Source: Minisyncoccota bacterium (GTDB lineage: Bacteria > Patescibacteriota > Minisyncoccia > Minisyncoccales > GWA2-38-27). From it: a stretch of 64,000 bases of DNA. The stretch spans positions 25,751-89,750 of the forward strand of contig JAQTZP010000004.1 of the NCBI GenBank assembly GCA_028687715.1, written 5' to 3'. The position numbers and the translations under genes were made by a program. This document shows, one piece after another, positions 55,986 to 64,000 of the stretch; position 1 is the first letter of the stretch, and each line of letters opens with the position of its first letter. The notes below the pieces were generated by a model, which saw only the letters and a program-made list of their open reading frames with translations, did no database searches and was not told the DNA's origin.

Positions 55986-56636
55986 CTAATTGTTTCCGAT
56001 TCCATTAATAAATCTAACTATATCGTGAGCAACGCTAGCGATTTTCACTTTTTTCTCTAAATCCGAGTCGCCATTATTGACGACTAGACAAGGAGTGCTT
56101 CCTTGAAAACATTTTTCTACTAATGTTCGCCATGCTTGATTACTTTCTTCTGAGACGTCCTCTTTAGAGAATCTTCCTTTATTTCTTACATCCGAATTAT
56201 TCAACATATCTTTTTGTCTTCTTTTCCAGGCACTATTTGCATCTACCTCAACATATATGGCACCCCTGAAAACTTTCTTATACCAAAGTCTTATTCTTTC
56301 TTTATAGACAATTGTTTTTCCAATATTATCTTGTTTAAGAAGAACTAAATGTAATGTAGCTACCGCTTTAATGTCTTCTCTTAAGAAACCCGCTAAGTAT
56401 GATTGAAAATAACCATCAGCGATTTCATCAATTTTCTCCGGAGGCATACTCTCTAAATGAAGATACCATTCTTTAGGAGTTGTTTCCGGAGAAAGAGGGT
56501 CCGCTGGATAACCAATAGCTTTCATAAAAACTTTTGTGCTTCTTATTACGATAATCTGCGGATCAATTAATTGAACTTCGTGTAAGATTGAATCTTTACC
56601 GGCACAATTCTGTCCAAAAATAGCGAATGCTGTCAT
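55986..56636 (-). CDS. P-loop NTPase/kinase-like protein of unknown family
   Basis: Walker A-like FGQNCAGKDS near the N-terminus. GC-richer than its surroundings. Divergently oriented from the downstream cassette. Confidence 0.45.
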   Translation of the reverse strand: MTAFAIFGQNCAGKDSILHEVQLIDPQIIVIRSTKVFMKAIGYPADPLSPETTPKEWYLHLESMPPEKIDEIADGYFQSYLAGFLREDIKAVATLHLVLLKQDNIGKTIVYKERIRLWYKKVFRGAIYVEVDANSAWKRRQKDMLNNSDVRNKGRFSKEDVSEESNQAWRTLVEKCFQGSTPCLVVNNGDSDLEKKVKIASVAHDIVRFINGIGNN

Positions 56637-56838
56637 TTTTCACCTCCTTTCAAGCCCAAACACATTGTACAAAAAATTTGACTAATTGATTTTAACCTTG
56701 TAAAATAAAATTATTAGAAATTTAGGTCGTTTAAATAAAAAATAATAAATTTATGCATAAATCACTTGACAAAAATAAGTTTAAAAGATATCTTAAATAC
56801 AGAACACTTCAGCAGAACCTTAACATCTTAAAAAGGAG

Positions 56839-57615
56839 ATGAGAAAGATGGTTAAGCCAGAATCTATAGCATTGTATGTTATCAAAAATATACCGCTTAT
56901 TAGGGCGGGTGATAACCTTGGTGTAATAATTGCTAATTGTATTCAGAAGCAAGATATGTTAATTTTAGATAGAGATATTCTTGTTATTGCACAAAAAGTT
57001 GTTTCTCGCGCCGAGAATAGAATGGTTCTATTAAGTAAAGTTATACCTTCTCAGGAAGCTAATTATCTTGCGTCAAAAACTAGACGCGATCCCCGGTTAT
57101 GCCAGTTGATCCTTGATCATAGTAGAGTTTTGTACTGTAACGATAAAGCCATCATTACCCAAGATCGATTAGGCATTGTCAGCACAAGTGCTGGTATTGA
57201 TCGTTCGAATTCTGATTCGCCAGAAGGAGAAATAGCAATATTACTTCCTGAAAACCCCGATTTAAGTGCCCGGAGAGTTCGAGACAAAATTAAGGAAATA
57301 ATGGATGTGAATGTGGCCGTGATAATAAGCGATAGCTTAGGTCGACCTTGGCGCGAAGGATCGGTTGGTATGGCGATCGGTTTAGCTGGTATTAAAGCAA
57401 TCGAAGCTACTGAAAAAAGAGACTTAAGTGGTCGAGTTATTCATCCCGAAATTGCTTTGGTTGATAGGGTTGCCGCCGCTGCATCTATTTTGATGGGAGA
57501 AGCAGATGAGGGCTATCCTGTTATTATTGTTCGGGGAATAAATTACACGCCATCCGATACAGTAAAAATCAGAGATCTTCTTCGTCCAGCCGAAGAAGAT
57601 CAGGTATGGGAATAA
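56839..57615 (+). CDS. CofE-like (F420-0:gamma-glutamyl ligase family, PF01996-like) protein
   Basis: IALVDRVAAAASILMGEADEGYPVIIVRG resembles the conserved CofE C-terminal motif (..AAAAEL.MGKA.EG.PVV.VRG). Length is about 250 aa. AAGGAG RBS; the likely start is ATG 56848. Confidence 0.55.
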   Translation: MRKMVKPESIALYVIKNIPLIRAGDNLGVIIANCIQKQDMLILDRDILVIAQKVVSRAENRMVLLSKVIPSQEANYLASKTRRDPRLCQLILDHSRVLYCNDKAIITQDRLGIVSTSAGIDRSNSDSPEGEIAILLPENPDLSARRVRDKIKEIMDVNVAVIISDSLGRPWREGSVGMAIGLAGIKAIEATEKRDLSGRVIHPEIALVDRVAAAASILMGEADEGYPVIIVRGINYTPSDTVKIRDLLRPAEEDQVWE

Positions 57616-57664
57616 TTTTTTTAGGTCATAACCCAATAGGTTGTGGCTTTTTTAAAAACTAAAT

Positions 57665-59245
57665 ATGCAAATTTGTAAAAAAACTAAGATAGCCTTAGTA
57701 AATCCGAATAATCGAGGTTCTTACAGGTCAAATTATTTAACAAGAGAGAATTTAGGATTAGGCTATCTTGCATCCTGGCTTATCAAAAATAATTGTGAAG
57801 TTAGAATTTATGACGCAAGGTTGGAGAAAAAAGGACCAGATATCATAGCAAAAGATATTCTTTCTTTCGGTCCAGATGTTGTGGGAGTTTCTTTAATAGT
57901 TAAAGAAGCAAGTTATTGGACCAGAAGATTAACCGAATATTTAAAAGATGGCGGAATAAAAGCTCAAATAGTTATGGGAAATTATTTTCCTTCTCTTCAG
58001 CCAAAAAGAGCTTTAGATTTAATTCCTGAGGCTAATTATATAGTTAAAGGAGAAGGGGAGCTTTCACTTCTTGGACTGGTTCAAAGGATTAATAAAAAAA
58101 GAAACTTAACTGGCATAGAGGGGATTTTTATCAAAAATAAGATAGGAAAAATTTATTTTACTGGAAGAGGGAAATTAATATCAAATTTAGATTTTTTACC
58201 ATTTCCTTATCGTTATGCAGATGAAAACCAAATAACTGAAATATCAATAGAAGGATCTAGGGGATGTTTTTATAATTGTACTTTTTGTGCAATACCTTGT
58301 CATTTTGACGCTGATCCTCGATATAAATGGAGAGCAAGATCCGCCGATCATATTATCGCAGAAATAATCCAACTTAGAAAGAGATACCCAAATATTAATA
58401 TTTATCGTTTTGTTGATCCAGATTTTATAGGTTATAAAAAAACAGGAGAAAAACGAGTACTTGAGTTTGCTAAATTGGTTATAAAACATCGGCTTGATAT
58501 CAAATTTTATATCGAGACAAGATCTTCTAATGTAGAAGATATAAAATTATGGGAAATTTTAAAAAAAGCTGGATTAAGACAAGTTTATATTGGAGTTGAA
58601 ACAGGAAGTCCAAAAATAAAGAGAATGATGGATAAAAAATCCTATTTTTTTCAAGATGAAAAAGCTATAGCACTGTTAAGAAGTATAGGAATAAATACTC
58701 AATATGGATTTATGATGTTTACCCCTTGGACAACAGAAAAAGATATTTTACTTAATATTAGATTTATCAAACAAATTGGTTATGCTGGTTTAGATAAATT
58801 TTTTCAAGAAATGAATCTTGTTCCAGGTACAAAGGCTTTAGAATTAGCACAGGAAATAGAAACGATTTTTCCAGACGGGGATACTGGTTATTATACTTAT
58901 AACTTACCTCCAATAGTTGATCGTTTAAGAAAAATAGGAAGAATGTTTGAGGATGCTAAATATGTCTATTTTCTTGAAAGAATTTGGTTTTTATATAAAG
59001 ATATACAGTATCTTAGTCAATTAGGAATAAGCAAAACAGATATTTTTAAAAATAATTTAAATGATCTTAATTTCCATGTTTTTACCTTTTGTTTAAAAAG
59101 TGCCAGAAAAGCAAAATCAAGCGACGATAATATTCTTATTTCTATCGTTGAACAATGTATAGAAAAATTTATTCCCAAGATTAAATTATTAGAAGAAAAA
59201 TTAAATCTAAAAATACATTTTCTAACAGATATTGGACATCGTTAA
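57665..59245 (+). CDS. B12-binding (class B) radical SAM protein
   Basis: CFYNCTFCAIPC contains CxxxCxxC, with an N-terminal cobalamin-binding-like domain. This is the third such paralog in the window. Confidence 0.75.
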   Translation: MQICKKTKIALVNPNNRGSYRSNYLTRENLGLGYLASWLIKNNCEVRIYDARLEKKGPDIIAKDILSFGPDVVGVSLIVKEASYWTRRLTEYLKDGGIKAQIVMGNYFPSLQPKRALDLIPEANYIVKGEGELSLLGLVQRINKKRNLTGIEGIFIKNKIGKIYFTGRGKLISNLDFLPFPYRYADENQITEISIEGSRGCFYNCTFCAIPCHFDADPRYKWRARSADHIIAEIIQLRKRYPNINIYRFVDPDFIGYKKTGEKRVLEFAKLVIKHRLDIKFYIETRSSNVEDIKLWEILKKAGLRQVYIGVETGSPKIKRMMDKKSYFFQDEKAIALLRSIGINTQYGFMMFTPWTTEKDILLNIRFIKQIGYAGLDKFFQEMNLVPGTKALELAQEIETIFPDGDTGYYTYNLPPIVDRLRKIGRMFEDAKYVYFLERIWFLYKDIQYLSQLGISKTDIFKNNLNDLNFHVFTFCLKSARKAKSSDDNILISIVEQCIEKFIPKIKLLEEKLNLKIHFLTDIGHR

Positions 59246-59271
59246 AATAAATTTCTAAAAACGATAAAAAT

Positions 59272-60417
59272 ATGCAATATAAAATAGCTATTGGTATTCC
59301 ATCTTATAATGAAGCGAGGTATATCAAATTTGTTTTGACTCAGATTGATAGAGGTCTTAAAAAATATTATAAACCATCAGAATGTTTAATTATAAACTTA
59401 GATAGCAAGAGCAATGATGGGACTAAAAAAGTATTTTTAACAACCAAAACAGTTTGTTCCAAAAAATATCTCGAAACTCCTATAGGAAAAGGAAGGGCAA
59501 TGTTAAATTTTTTCAAATTTTGCTTGAAACGAAACATACCATACATTACCACAATTGATGCTGACTTAACTTCTATCGCCCCTGACTGGATGTTTAAACT
59601 TATAAATCCATTAACAAAAGGATATGACTATACTATTCCTACCTATACTCGAAATCGTTTTGAGTCAAATATCACTAATCATTTCGCTTATCCGTTATTA
59701 TATAGTATGTATTCCGTGGGTTTACGCCAACCCCTAGGGGGTGAGTTTGGTTATAGTCAGAAATTTTACGAGTATATATTAAAACAGCCTAAACACCCGA
59801 AAACCTTTGAATACGGGATTGATATATTTATCTCATGTAATGCCATTGCTGGGGGATTTAATATCCAAGAAGTATATCTTGGTAAAAAAATACATGCTCC
59901 GAGTTTTTATCACATGGAGTTAACATTTCGACAAGTTTTTGAGTCGGGTGTTTTTGTTAGTAAGATCCATCGGCGATACAAAGCCAAGCATGGTAGTATA
60001 ATATTGAACACTGTGTCGTCTGGAATTGATAACCTTAAATATTTTCCCCACAAAAATGCGATAAATCGGTTATTAAAACAATTACGGCACCGCTTTTTTA
60101 GATATAACGAAGCGGGTTATTATAATAAGTATTTAAATCAGGAATTAATTAAAAAGCTGAAATATATTATTGGTAGCAGTAAACCAAATTTGTCTGGTGA
60201 CCTATGGATAGATGTTCTTTCAAATGTATTAAAAAAATGCTATCAGTCAAACTTTGATATCAAAGAGATATCTTTAATTTCAAGGATTCTAGTTCCAATT
60301 TATCGATGGCGTGCCGCATCTTGTTGGTTAGAAATCGAGAATATGACAACTAAGGAAACGGAAGAGGTAATATGTCGAGAAGCAAGACGATTACGAAAAA
60401 AATTATTATATCATTAA
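59272..60417 (+). CDS. GT-A fold glycosyltransferase (family 2-like)
   Basis: N-terminal IGIPSYNEARYI (GT2 signature) and DxD motif TIDADL. Confidence 0.6.
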   Translation: MQYKIAIGIPSYNEARYIKFVLTQIDRGLKKYYKPSECLIINLDSKSNDGTKKVFLTTKTVCSKKYLETPIGKGRAMLNFFKFCLKRNIPYITTIDADLTSIAPDWMFKLINPLTKGYDYTIPTYTRNRFESNITNHFAYPLLYSMYSVGLRQPLGGEFGYSQKFYEYILKQPKHPKTFEYGIDIFISCNAIAGGFNIQEVYLGKKIHAPSFYHMELTFRQVFESGVFVSKIHRRYKAKHGSIILNTVSSGIDNLKYFPHKNAINRLLKQLRHRFFRYNEAGYYNKYLNQELIKKLKYIIGSSKPNLSGDLWIDVLSNVLKKCYQSNFDIKEISLISRILVPIYRWRAASCWLEIENMTTKETEEVICREARRLRKKLLYH

Positions 60418-61685
60418 TTATTATTTTAATAACTATGAATAATTTATTTTTTGATTCAAATTTAGTGTCAATAGAAAAAAGATCATTTGAACTTGTAGAA
60501 CGAAAGGGAATTGGGCATCCCGATACGCTAGCTGACGGAGTGGCAGAAGCGATTTGTTTGGAGTATTCAAATTATTGCTATAATCATTTCGGAGCTATTT
60601 TACATCAGATGTTAGATAAAATTATGTTTATCGGGGGAAAAGGTGAATTTGCTTTTAATTACGGAAAAATGTTAGAACCGTGGAAACTTATAATAAACGG
60701 AAAGCTAACTGAAAGTTTCGGTAATACCCAGATTAATTATCAGGATTTGGCTACTCGTGTTACTAAAGATTATTTACGGAAAGTAATTCCTAACTTAGAT
60801 GTAGAACGTTGGCTGAATATTATTTTTTATACTTCGACATCTTCGAAAGCCCCCTATTGGTTTCATCCTCGTACGCTAACTGATGTGCCAGATGCCAGTA
60901 ATCCTTATGCTAATGATACGGTGACAGCAGTCGGGTATTGGCCTTTATCAATAACAGAAAGATTAACTTTATTAATGGAAAGGTATTTTTATCACAAAAA
61001 TGATACTCCTCGTTTTTCTTTTATTGGACAAGATATTAAGATATTATCTGTTAGAAAAAAGAAAAATATTGATATTACCATATGCGTACCTTTTTTCTCC
61101 GCTAAAACCCCTAATGCTGATGTATACTTTAGTCGCAAAAGAAAAATACAAAATGATTTACAGAATATAGCTAATCAATTTTTGAAAGGAAAATACAAAG
61201 TTATACTATCTATTAATACCCAGGATGAAATGATCAATAATCCGTCCAGAGGTATAGGATTTTACTTTGTAGTTTCCGGATCAGCGTTAGATTCGGGAGA
61301 AGAAGGTGTGGTTGGACGAGGAAATCGATCTCGAGGATTAATTTCAAATGTCCGACCTTACAGTATAGAAGGAATCCATGGCAAAAATCCAGTGTATCAT
61401 GTTGGTAAAGTTTTTAACTATATTGCTGATTTGTTTGCTAAAAAGATTTCTGAGGAATTTAGGTGTGAATGTAATGTTTTTATATCATCTCGAAATGGCG
61501 ATGATTTGAATATACCTAGACATATTATTATTCAAACAGATAAAAAAATTATTAATAAAAAGAAAGTTAACGTTGTATTAGATAAAATTTTGGAGAAAAA
61601 TATTGCTAAAGAAATTTTATTGCATAAGCCATATTTACCAATCCCGGGCGGTGGAAATGGATATGTAGCATCATTAAGCATTTAG
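60372..61685 (+). CDS. Archaeal-type S-adenosylmethionine synthetase (MAT, PF01941-like); likely true start at ATG 60435
   Basis: VERKGIGHPDTLADGVAEA, FGAILHQ, ANDT, VGYWPLSITERLTL..ERY and GSALDSGEEGVVGRGNRSRGLISNVRPYSIEGIHGKNPVYHVGKVFNYIA align closely with the archaeal MAT as recalled from memory. The first 21 codons overlap the upstream gene. Confidence 0.85.
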   Translation: MSRSKTITKKIIISLIIILITMNNLFFDSNLVSIEKRSFELVERKGIGHPDTLADGVAEAICLEYSNYCYNHFGAILHQMLDKIMFIGGKGEFAFNYGKMLEPWKLIINGKLTESFGNTQINYQDLATRVTKDYLRKVIPNLDVERWLNIIFYTSTSSKAPYWFHPRTLTDVPDASNPYANDTVTAVGYWPLSITERLTLLMERYFYHKNDTPRFSFIGQDIKILSVRKKKNIDITICVPFFSAKTPNADVYFSRKRKIQNDLQNIANQFLKGKYKVILSINTQDEMINNPSRGIGFYFVVSGSALDSGEEGVVGRGNRSRGLISNVRPYSIEGIHGKNPVYHVGKVFNYIADLFAKKISEEFRCECNVFISSRNGDDLNIPRHIIIQTDKKIINKKKVNVVLDKILEKNIAKEILLHKPYLPIPGGGNGYVASLSI

Positions 61686-61696
61686 TTTATATTATT

Positions 61697-62710
61697 ATGG
61701 GTACGTTATTTGCATTTGTGTGTAATATATCGATGAGAGATCGTTCTGTAAATGTATTTAGTAGTACAGATGCTTTTTTACCATTGATAGAAAAGGGAGA
61801 ATACATCCCTTTTATTCCGGGGTGGAAATGTAGTACAAAAAAGGTAAATACAAAATATTCTATTTTTTATTTTCCAGGAAAAGAAATAAAATTAATATAC
61901 TCAAAAGATAAGTGCTCAATAAAACTATACGGGCCCCTTAACTATTTTATCGATGGACAAGCTATTGCTTATTTGATTTATTCTTTACTTGAGCTTGATC
62001 GACAAGAATATAATCAGACAACAGCCCATTTGGCAGCTTGTTCTAAAAATGGCCGTGCAGTAATATTATTAGGTGAACGAGGGGCTGGTAAGACATCTAT
62101 TCTTTTAATGTTGTGTAGGGACTATGGCTACAAATTAATAGCTAATGATATCGCTTTGATCGGTTTTAATAAACAGCGAGGAAAGAGCTTTATTGTCGAT
62201 GGAACAAAAATTTTTGGTCTTCGTCATACCGCTGCGGAAAAAAACCATCCTGATTTATTAAAATTATTTCCGAAAACTATTAAAGATTCATGGACTACTA
62301 AGCTTTTTATTTCTCCATATGAAATTAACGTACAAATAGAAAATAAAAAAGTAGTTGTATCATCAGTATTTTTTTGTCATCTTGATTCTGGTATCAGAAA
62401 AATTTTTTTAGATAGAATGTCTGGAAGTTGGATTAAAATCAACCTATACGAAAATTTTTCTCGTTATATTAGAGGATCAGCTTTGATACCCTTTCTTGAT
62501 GGTAAGAATTATAGTAACATTGGTTATATCCCTAATTTGGATACAATAGAATTTCATCAAAAAAGAATTAATCTTATTAATTATTTAGTTAATAAGCTTG
62601 GTATCACGTATATCTCCGGTAGCGATATTCATAAGATTTGTGATATAATACACAAAAAACACCGGAAAGTAGCTAAAATATTTAAAATTTTGAACAGAGA
62701 AAGAATCTAA
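61697..62710 (+). CDS. HprK-like P-loop kinase domain protein (HPr kinase C-terminal domain homolog)
   Basis: AHLAACSKNGRAVILLGERGAGKTSILLMLCRDYGYKLIANDIALI resembles the HprK/P C-domain P-loop (GvlitGeSGvGKSE.AL.L..RGH.LvADD). Confidence 0.5.
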   Translation: MGTLFAFVCNISMRDRSVNVFSSTDAFLPLIEKGEYIPFIPGWKCSTKKVNTKYSIFYFPGKEIKLIYSKDKCSIKLYGPLNYFIDGQAIAYLIYSLLELDRQEYNQTTAHLAACSKNGRAVILLGERGAGKTSILLMLCRDYGYKLIANDIALIGFNKQRGKSFIVDGTKIFGLRHTAAEKNHPDLLKLFPKTIKDSWTTKLFISPYEINVQIENKKVVVSSVFFCHLDSGIRKIFLDRMSGSWIKINLYENFSRYIRGSALIPFLDGKNYSNIGYIPNLDTIEFHQKRINLINYLVNKLGITYISGSDIHKICDIIHKKHRKVAKIFKILNRERI

Positions 62711-62816
62711 AATATCTTCAGGTGAAATTATTATTCAAGTTTTTTGAACGGATATTGGTTTCTCAAGAAATAGTTGAGATATAATGGATTATATGAATAT
62801 ATTTTTATAAAATATC

Positions 62817-62957
62817 ATGAAATTAAAAGAAGAAACAAAAATGTCAATCAGCTTTATGCTTTTTGTCATTACATTTATTTTAATGTCTCCTTTATTATTG
62901 TTTCTTTTTATGGCTAAGAAATTATGGGGCTGGAGGGTAATTGATAATCTTTTTTAA
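62817..62957 (+). CDS. Candidate 46-aa hydrophobic micro-protein (not in the ORF track)
   Basis: MKLKEETKMSISFMLFVITFILMSPLLLFLFMAKKLWGWRVIDNLF has a single transmembrane-like core. It lies directly downstream of the HprK-like gene. Confidence 0.2.
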   Translation: MKLKEETKMSISFMLFVITFILMSPLLLFLFMAKKLWGWRVIDNLF

Positions 62958-63145
62958 ATGAACGGGCATAGGCAGTCATTCTTTTATAAGAGTTCAGTTA
63001 AAAATAAAGATGTTGCATTTTGGAATAGAATTTAATAGTAAAGGGCAAGACCCTTTTTCTTATTAAATTCTACTTAACTTCTATAGTTAAAAATGGTAGA
63101 ATATGATTGAAAAATAATAAGTAGAAGGTAAATATAGAAAATAGA

Positions 63146-63553
63146 ATGTTTAATTTGAAAGAAAAAAAGACAATTAAAAAAATTGCAGATAAGTATTTTC
63201 TTGATTTGATTTTACTTTTTGGCTCAAGGGCTTCTGGAAAGAATTATAAAAGAAGCGATTTCGATATCGCCTATTTAGGCAGAAAAGAATTAGATCTTAA
63301 TAAGGAGGCGGGTTTAATTTTAGAACTTTCATCGGTTTTTAAAAGCGAAAACATTGATTTGGTGAATATCAAGAAAAGTTCACCCCTTTTATTTTACGCT
63401 ATTACCAAAGAATGCCGGATTATCTATGAAAAAAATCCTGTGATATTTCCTGCTTTAAGGGCATACGCTTTTAAAAAATACATAGAAACAAAGCCTTTAT
63501 ACGAAGAAAAGTTTAAAAGACTAAGAAATAAAATAAAAGGTTCAAATCGATGA
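63146..63553 (+). CDS. mntA: Nucleotidyltransferase-fold antitoxin (MntA-like)
   Basis: LFGSRASG...SDFDIA is the Pol-beta superfamily GSx9-13DxD motif. It overlaps the next gene by 4 nt. Confidence 0.75.
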   Translation: MFNLKEKKTIKKIADKYFLDLILLFGSRASGKNYKRSDFDIAYLGRKELDLNKEAGLILELSSVFKSENIDLVNIKKSSPLLFYAITKECRIIYEKNPVIFPALRAYAFKKYIETKPLYEEKFKRLRNKIKGSNR

Positions 63554-63978
63554 CTTTTAAAAAAGCGTTTATCTACCAAAAAATAGAAGAAATTTCAGGT
63601 TATTTAATAGAAATAAAAGATTTCCTTAAGTATTCAGATGCGGAAATTTTAGCTGATTCTGGCAGAGTTCATATTGCCGAGAGGCTTCTTCAGTTAATAG
63701 TTGATACCATGATCGATATAAATCAACATTTTATTCGAGAATTAAATCTAAAAATATCAGAAGACTTTCAGGGCACTTTTTACCTTTTAGGAAAAGAGAA
63801 GATTTTACCTAATAATTTTGCCATAAAGATTGCTCCTGTGGTTGGGTTGAGAAATCGTATAGTTCATCGTTACGATACATTGGATAAAAAACTTTTCATC
63901 AAAACACTTAGGAAGAATTATTCAGATTTTGAAGAATATATTAAGCTGATAAATAATTATTTGGAAAAGAATGCATGA
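63550..63978 (+). CDS. hepT: HepT-like (DUF86) toxin
   Basis: RNRIVHRY matches the Rx4HxY RNase motif of HepT. The start is coupled to the nucleotidyltransferase gene. Confidence 0.75.
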   Translation: MTFKKAFIYQKIEEISGYLIEIKDFLKYSDAEILADSGRVHIAERLLQLIVDTMIDINQHFIRELNLKISEDFQGTFYLLGKEKILPNNFAIKIAPVVGLRNRIVHRYDTLDKKLFIKTLRKNYSDFEEYIKLINNYLEKNA

Positions 63979-64000
63979 TTAAAATATAAGCTGATACGAT

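Noticed and set aside
1-64000. Possibility of an alternative genetic code (UGA recoding, as in some CPR lineages)
   Set aside because: Long conserved genes (pnp, dnaA, PBP1A, copA, ruvB) are uninterrupted with standard stops. The only in-frame stop seen in a conserved gene is a TAA in cdd, which is better explained as a pseudogene or sequencing error.
1-64000. CRISPR arrays, rRNA genes, IS elements or integrases
   Set aside because: No short regularly spaced direct repeats, no 16S/23S signature sequences, and no transposase- or integrase-like ORFs were found on reading. The tRNA-flanked copper locus lacks an integrase.

Overview
The window looks like a low-GC, gene-dense chromosomal segment from a small-genome (CPR/Patescibacteria-like) bacterium, using the standard genetic code. 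Long conserved genes are intact and no UGA recoding is evident. It spans the replication origin: rpmH-rnpA-yidC-jag on the minus strand face dnaA-dnaN on the plus strand, with perfect DnaA boxes in both flanking intergenic regions.

Housekeeping content is extensive: ruvA, ruvB, ruvC, yebC, mutM, tyrS, pnp, rpsO, rpsT, ksgA, cca, prs, PBP1A, a MurE-like ligase, a 5'-3' exonuclease, tsaE, a type IV pilus ATPase, a two-component system and four tRNAs that lack an encoded CCA.

Several accessory features stand out:
- A T4SS-like module sits just left of oriC (PrgI-like protein, a VirB4 apparently split into an N-domain ORF and an ATPase ORF, small membrane proteins, two VirB2/TrbC-like pilin paralogs and a distant VirB6-like polytopic protein).
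- A 1421-aa secreted giant protein carries Gly-rich repeats, six Cys-rich modules and FN3/PKD domains, next to a lamin-tail-domain protein.
- A 921-aa K/E-rich coiled-coil protein has a single transmembrane segment and a peptidoglycan-binding domain.
- A copper-homeostasis operon (csoR, HMA-membrane protein, DUF1858, copA) is bracketed by tRNA-Pro and tRNA-Ala and has a palindromic candidate operator.
- Two adjacent disrupted genes (a CYTH gene frameshifted in a T8 tract; cdd with an in-frame TAA) directly precede a compositionally distinct cassette (55.9-62.7 kb).
- That cassette encodes a P-loop protein, a CofE-like ligase, a third B12-binding radical SAM enzyme, a GT-A glycosyltransferase, an archaeal-type SAM synthetase and an HprK-like P-loop kinase, followed by a tiny hydrophobic ORF and a MntA/HepT toxin-antitoxin pair.

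I read this cassette as the best candidate for an undescribed modification or biosynthetic system. No CRISPR array, rRNA or obvious IS/transposase was seen.
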